Source of the DNA: Caulobacter sp. KR2-114
Lineage (GTDB): Bacteria; Pseudomonadota; Alphaproteobacteria; Caulobacterales; Caulobacteraceae
Reading direction: 5' to 3'
Assembly: GCF_049446115.1 (NCBI RefSeq)
Contig: NZ_JBMSEC010000004.1
Location: 66,954-130,953 of the forward strand
Length of the DNA stretch: 64,000 bases
In this document: positions 59,702 to 64,000 of the stretch, piece after piece
Position numbering within the stretch: the stretch's first letter is position 1
Layout of the letters: each line of letters opens with the position of its first letter
Made by a program: the position numbers and the translations under genes
The notes under the pieces: generated by a model
The model's input: only the letters and a program-made list of their open reading frames with translations
Told to the model about the DNA's origin: nothing
Database searches by the model: none

Positions 59702-60204
59702 TCGCCCTGTCCCACCCCGTAAGCCAGGCGGTTGACGGCGACCGCCGCCGTCATGTGCGCCTGCGCTCCGGTGATGGCGAGGGTGAAGGGCAGAGTCAAA
59801 GGCTTCGCCACCCCGCGGATCGTCAGGGTCCCGATCGCCTGGTAGCGGCCGCCGCCCAGGTCCTTGAAGCTGGTGGCGACGAAGCTGGCCTTCGGGAACC
59901 TGCCCGCGGCGAAGAAGGTGTCGGTGGGCAGGGCCTGGTCGCGGTCGGGGCTGCCGGTGGCCGCCGACCCGGTGTCGATCGTCGCCGTCACGCTGGAGCC
60001 GGCGAGGTTCTTCGGATCGAAGCGGATGGCCGCGTCCCAGCGCCGGAAGCCGCCGGTGAAGCCGGTCCCCGAGAAGCTGGAGGCGAAGGTCACGTGCGAG
60101 GCGGCCTTGTCGACCGTCCAGGCCGGCGCCGGGGCGGCGACCGCCGCAGCGGGGACCAGAACCACCGCCGCCAGGGCGGCCAGGCGGGCAGGAAGCCGGA
60201 TCAT
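59629..60204 (-). CDS. YceI-family periplasmic protein
   Basis: Signal peptide plus YceI-like beta-barrel blocks (…SHVTFASSFSGTGFTGGF…). ATG overlaps the cytochrome b561 stop (ATGA). Confidence 0.8.
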   Translation of the reverse strand: MIRLPARLAALAAVVLVPAAAVAAPAPAWTVDKAASHVTFASSFSGTGFTGGFRRWDAAIRFDPKNLAGSSVTATIDTGSAATGSPDRDQALPTDTFFAAGRFPKASFVATSFKDLGGGRYQAIGTLTIRGVAKPLTLPFTLAITGAQAHMTAAVAVNRLAYGVGQGEWQATEAIPAAVTVSLDLTARRAR

Positions 60205-60785
60205 GCGGGGCGCCTCAGGAACGGAACCATGCGCGGCACGATCACGTCGCGCCGGACGAACTGGTGCATCAGCGCCGCGCCCACGTGCAGCACGATCAGG
60301 CCGTAGCTCAGCTTGGCCAGCAGGCCGTGCGCGGTCTCGAAGGCTTCGTGCGTGGCGTGCATCTGGTCGTGCGGCAAGGTGGTCAGCGGACCGATCGCCG
60401 GCCATTCCACCAGGCCGTAGAGCTTGATCGGGAAGGCGTGGATCAGCGGGCTGGCCGAGACCATGAACCAGCCGGTCAGCGGCAGGCCCAGCATCACCAC
60501 GTAGAACAACAGGTGGGTCGCCCCGGCCACGCGCCGCTCCCAGGCCGGCGTGCCCGCCGGCAGCGGCGGCGGCTTCACCGCCAGCCGCCAGGCCAGCCGC
60601 AGCAGCGACAGGAGCAGCACGGTGATGCCGATCGACTTGTGCAGCTGGGTGGGCGCCACCCGCTCCAGCCCCGTCAGGGTGTTGAAGTACCAGGCCAGGC
60701 CGATGTTGCCGATCAGCAGCACGGCGATCAGCCAGTGCAGCGTGATGGCCACGGCGGAATAGCGGGCGGCGGTCACGGCGCTCAT
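60201..60785 (-). CDS. Cytochrome b561 family protein
   Basis: Four TM segments with the His ligands (ITLHWLIA…, …THLLFY…, …LHVGAALMH…). Confidence 0.85.
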   Translation of the reverse strand: MSAVTAARYSAVAITLHWLIAVLLIGNIGLAWYFNTLTGLERVAPTQLHKSIGITVLLLSLLRLAWRLAVKPPPLPAGTPAWERRVAGATHLLFYVVMLGLPLTGWFMVSASPLIHAFPIKLYGLVEWPAIGPLTTLPHDQMHATHEAFETAHGLLAKLSYGLIVLHVGAALMHQFVRRDVIVPRMVPFLRRPA

Positions 60786-61399
60786 TTGCGGTCGAACTCC
60801 GCCTCGAGCGTGATCGCCACGTCATCGGCGACGATGCCGTTGTTGAGGAAGTCGGAGCCGAAGTCCGAACGCTTGATGCTGGTGGTGGCGGTGAAGCCGG
60901 CGATCGACCTGAACGGCGGCAGGGGACTGCGTCCGGCCCCGTTGAAGGTGACGTTGAACGTCACTGGCCGGGTCACCCCGCGCAGGGTCAGGTTGCCGGT
61001 CATGGTCCCGGTGTTGCCCGGCCCCTTCTGTATCGAGGTCGAGGTGAAGGTGATCTTCGGGAACTTGTCGGCGGCCAGGAACTCCTCGGCGAACTTGGCG
61101 CTGTAGTCGGCGCCCACGTCCATCGAGGTGGCGTCGACGCTGGCCTGCACCCGCGCCGCCTCCGGCCGGGCAGGGTCGTAGGTGAAGGTCCCTTCGATGG
61201 TGTTGAAGCGGGCGGTGTAGAACGACACGCCCAGGTGCAGCACCTTGGTGGTCAGGAAGGTGTGCTGCTTGTCCACCACATAGGTTCCCCCGCCCAGATC
61301 GGCGACGTCATGCGATGGCGCGGCCAGCGCCGCGGCAGGCGCGAGCAGCAAGGCGGGGATCAGGGCCAGGGCGGCGAGACGGGGGAGACGAGGCGGCAT
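60782..61399 (-). CDS. YceI-family periplasmic protein (second copy)
   Basis: Signal peptide plus YceI domain. Stop overlaps the cytochrome b561 start (ATGA). Confidence 0.8.
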   Translation of the reverse strand: MPPRLPRLAALALIPALLLAPAAALAAPSHDVADLGGGTYVVDKQHTFLTTKVLHLGVSFYTARFNTIEGTFTYDPARPEAARVQASVDATSMDVGADYSAKFAEEFLAADKFPKITFTSTSIQKGPGNTGTMTGNLTLRGVTRPVTFNVTFNGAGRSPLPPFRSIAGFTATTSIKRSDFGSDFLNNGIVADDVAITLEAEFDRK

Positions 61400-61591
61400 A
61401 GCGCTCCAACTGTGATCGATAGTGTTACGGTTCGGCCGATTTAGAGGACGGGCCAGCGAGGCAAAACCTTCCCGGCTTCACGAAGTCGTGAGCCCGGCGC
61501 CTGCGGGGCAAAGCTTCCCCGAAATGGCGTCCGGGCAGTCGACCCGGGGCGAATTTGCTCTAGATAGGACGACGTTCGAAGGGACCTTTCC

Positions 61592-63373
61592 ATGACCTAT
61601 AAAGCGCCGGTTCGAGACCTGATCTTCGCCCTGAACCATGCGGCGGATTTCGGGCGGCTGGAGAGCGCCTTTCCCGGCGCGGACGCCGACACCGTGGCGG
61701 CGGTGCTGGAGGCGGCCGGCGCCTTCTCGGCCGAGGTGCTGGCGCCGCTGAACCGGATCGGCGACCGGGTGGGCGCCAGGTTCGAGAACGGCCAGGTGAT
61801 CAGCGCCCCGGGCTTCGCCGACGCCTATCGGCAGTTCGCGCAGGGCGGCTGGAACAGCCTGTCCGCCGGCGCCGAACACGGCGGCCAGGGGCTGCCCAAG
61901 GTGCTCGAGATCGCCGTTTTCGAGATGGTGCAGGCCGCCAACATGGCGTTCGGCCTCTGCCCGATGCTGACCCAGGGCGCCATCGAGGCGATCACCCTGC
62001 ACGGCACCGCGCGGCAGAAGTCGCTCTACCTGCCCAGGCTGGTGTCCGGCGAGTGGACCGGCACGATGAACCTGACCGAGCCGGCCTCGGGTTCCGACCT
62101 CGGCGCGGTGACCACCCAGGCCAAGCCGGACGGCAAAGGGGGCTATGAGCTCACCGGCCAGAAGATCTTCATCACCTGGGGCGACCACGACGTCGCCGAC
62201 AACATCGTTCATCTGGTGCTGGCCCGCCTGCCCGACGCCCCGCCCGGCACCCGGGGCCTGAGCCTGTTCCTGGCCCCCAAGCGACTGGTGCGCGAGGACG
62301 GCAGCCTGGGCGAGGGCAACGCCCTGCGCGCCGGCTCGATCGAGCACAAGCTGGGCATCCACGGCTCGCCGACCTGCGTGATGCTGTTCGAAGGGGCCAA
62401 GGCCGAGATGGTCGGCGCGCCGAACCAGGGGCTGGCGGCGATGTTCGTGATGATGAACGCCGCGCGGCTTCAGGTCGGGGCCCAGGGCGTCGCCATCGCC
62501 GAGCGCGCCTACCAGCAGGCCCTGGCCTATTCCCTGGAGCGCCAGCAGGGCCGTTCGGCCTGGACCGGCGCCACGCCGTCGCGGCTGTTCGACCATCCGG
62601 ACGTGCGCCGCTCGCTGATGCTGATGAAGGCCAAGATCAGCGCCGCGCGCGCCATCTGCCTGTCGACGGCCGTGGCGGCCGACCTGGCGGCCACCGCCGG
62701 CAACCCGGTCGACCGCGACGCCGCGCGATTCCGCCAGGAGCTGCTGACGCCGATCGCCAAGGCCTGGTCCACCGACATCGGCGTCGAAGTGGCCTCCATG
62801 GGCCTGCAGATCCACGGCGGCATGGGCTTCATCGAAGAGACCGGGGCGGCGCAGCACTACCGCGACGCCCGCATCCTGCCGATCTACGAGGGCACCAACG
62901 GCATCCAGGCGATCGACCTGATGGGCCGCAAGCTGGCGCTGAACAAGGGCCAGGCGGTGCGCGAGCTGGTCGGCGACATCTTCCCCACCGCCGCGGCGCT
63001 GAAGAGCGCCGACGACGGCTGGCTGCACACCATCGGCGCCCACCTGGAGACGGGCCTGGCGGCCGTGCAGGCGGCCACGGGCTGGCTGATCGAGCGGCGC
63101 GGCCACGCCCAGCCGGACGCCCTGGCGGGGGCGACGCCCTACCTGAAGCTGCTGGGCGACGTGGTGGGCGGCTGGATGCTGGCCAAGGAGGCGCTGGCCG
63201 CCTCCGAGATGCTGGCCGCCGGCGAGGGTCCGCAGGACTACTACCGCACCAAGATCGGCCTGGCGCGGGTGTTCGCCGAGCAGATCCTGGCCCAGGCCCC
63301 CGGCCTGACCCAGGCGGTCACGCAAGGCTCGGTCGACCTGTTCCGCGCCACGCCGGAAGCGCTGGGGGCGTAA
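61592..63373 (+). CDS. Acyl-CoA dehydrogenase (long-chain, with C-terminal extension domain)
   Basis: ACAD N, middle and C domains (…[13 protein letters not shown]…, …[13 protein letters not shown]…) plus a ~150-aa C-terminal extension. Confidence 0.9.
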   Translation: MTYKAPVRDLIFALNHAADFGRLESAFPGADADTVAAVLEAAGAFSAEVLAPLNRIGDRVGARFENGQVISAPGFADAYRQFAQGGWNSLSAGAEHGGQGLPKVLEIAVFEMVQAANMAFGLCPMLTQGAIEAITLHGTARQKSLYLPRLVSGEWTGTMNLTEPASGSDLGAVTTQAKPDGKGGYELTGQKIFITWGDHDVADNIVHLVLARLPDAPPGTRGLSLFLAPKRLVREDGSLGEGNALRAGSIEHKLGIHGSPTCVMLFEGAKAEMVGAPNQGLAAMFVMMNAARLQVGAQGVAIAERAYQQALAYSLERQQGRSAWTGATPSRLFDHPDVRRSLMLMKAKISAARAICLSTAVAADLAATAGNPVDRDAARFRQELLTPIAKAWSTDIGVEVASMGLQIHGGMGFIEETGAAQHYRDARILPIYEGTNGIQAIDLMGRKLALNKGQAVRELVGDIFPTAAALKSADDGWLHTIGAHLETGLAAVQAATGWLIERRGHAQPDALAGATPYLKLLGDVVGGWMLAKEALAASEMLAAGEGPQDYYRTKIGLARVFAEQILAQAPGLTQAVTQGSVDLFRATPEALGA

Positions 63374-63398
63374 GCGCCCCCAGACTTCGGTTGTCATC

Positions 63399-63827
63399 TC
63401 AGTAGCGGTTCACGTCCGCGCGCCAGCCGTCGTGCGGATAGGCCCACTCGGCATCGGGGCGCGGCGCATAGTCGGGTCGATCGTAGATCGGCGGGTGATG
63501 ACGCCAGTGATGGCGCCAGACCACCCGGTCCGGGCCGGGCGGCGGCGGGGGCGGCGGGCCGTAGGCGCGCACCGGATAGGGCTGGGGATAGGGTTCCGGC
63601 ACACGCACCACGCGCGTGACGTAGACCGTGCGCACCGGCTCGTGGCGGACGATCACCCGGCTGTAGTGCGCGCGCCGCGCCGGCGTCGCAGAGTGCGCCG
63701 GCCTGGCGTAGTGCGCCCGGTGATGGGCGACGTGGTGGGTCGCGGCGCAGCTGCACGCCGAGGCGGCGGCCGGGACCGCGGCCAGGACGGCGGTCGCGCC
63801 GGCGAGAACGAACAAGGCCTTCATCAT
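63399..63827 (-). CDS. Secreted Pro/His/Arg/Tyr-rich small hypothetical protein
   Basis: Signal peptide MMKALFVLAGATAVLAAVPAAASA. RBS GGGAG. Low-complexity mature region (HHRAHYARPAH…PPPPPPPGP…WRHHWRHHPP). Confidence 0.5.
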   Translation of the reverse strand: MMKALFVLAGATAVLAAVPAAASACSCAATHHVAHHRAHYARPAHSATPARRAHYSRVIVRHEPVRTVYVTRVVRVPEPYPQPYPVRAYGPPPPPPPGPDRVVWRHHWRHHPPIYDRPDYAPRPDAEWAYPHDGWRADVNRY

Positions 63828-64000
63828 CAGGCTCCCTGGTGGCCTATGCCCGGCGACGCGAGCGCCGCCGCGCATATCAAGGCGTCCACCCTCGCAAAGG
63901 CGAGTTGAACGGGACCTGAATGGGTTAACCTTTCTTAACGTTCCCGCCGGACGTCGCCGGACCTAGAGCTGGGCCAGCATGTACTCGGCGGACGAGACCT

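Noticed and set aside
63961-64000. Terminal 40 nt beginning ctagagctgggccagcatgtactc
   Set aside because: Could be the 3' end (TAG) of a minus-strand gene continuing beyond the window. It is too short to call.

Overview
This is a 64 kb high-GC (roughly 65-70 %) chromosomal segment that looks alphaproteobacterial, Caulobacterales-like. The evidence is a Cpa/Tad Flp-pilus assembly cluster, a phbA-phbB/phaR divergon, metXW, and a partial gltB. About 55 protein-coding genes are supportable. No rRNA, tRNA or CRISPR array was seen.

Three things stand out beyond ordinary annotation:
- **Candidate TIR module (6219..9110, minus strand).** A two-gene cassette encodes a membrane-anchored TIR-domain protein with an intact S-x6-EL catalytic-Glu motif. 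A membrane protein with two TrkA-N/RCK Rossmann domains and a C-terminal ryanodine-receptor (RyR) domain follows it directly. This is a candidate undescribed TIR-signal/effector system, organised like Thoeris but with a different effector.
- **Palindromic repeat families.** A roughly 140-150 bp composite palindromic intergenic element occurs five times. Its internal hairpins carry UUCG/GAAG-type loops and show compensatory stem changes between copies. Two copies bracket an alpha/beta-hydrolase gene. Two further unrelated large palindromic elements lie at 1893..2058 and 10635..10790.
- **Smaller oddities.** The Tad locus lacks a pilin, prepilin peptidase and cpaD. A crp-family regulator is translationally coupled to a class III adenylate cyclase. 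A BTLCP-like protein has a substituted catalytic triad. There is an orphan PII gene. Several secreted or membrane proteins have no recognisable domains.

Many long six-frame ORFs in the track are high-GC frame artefacts and were rejected.
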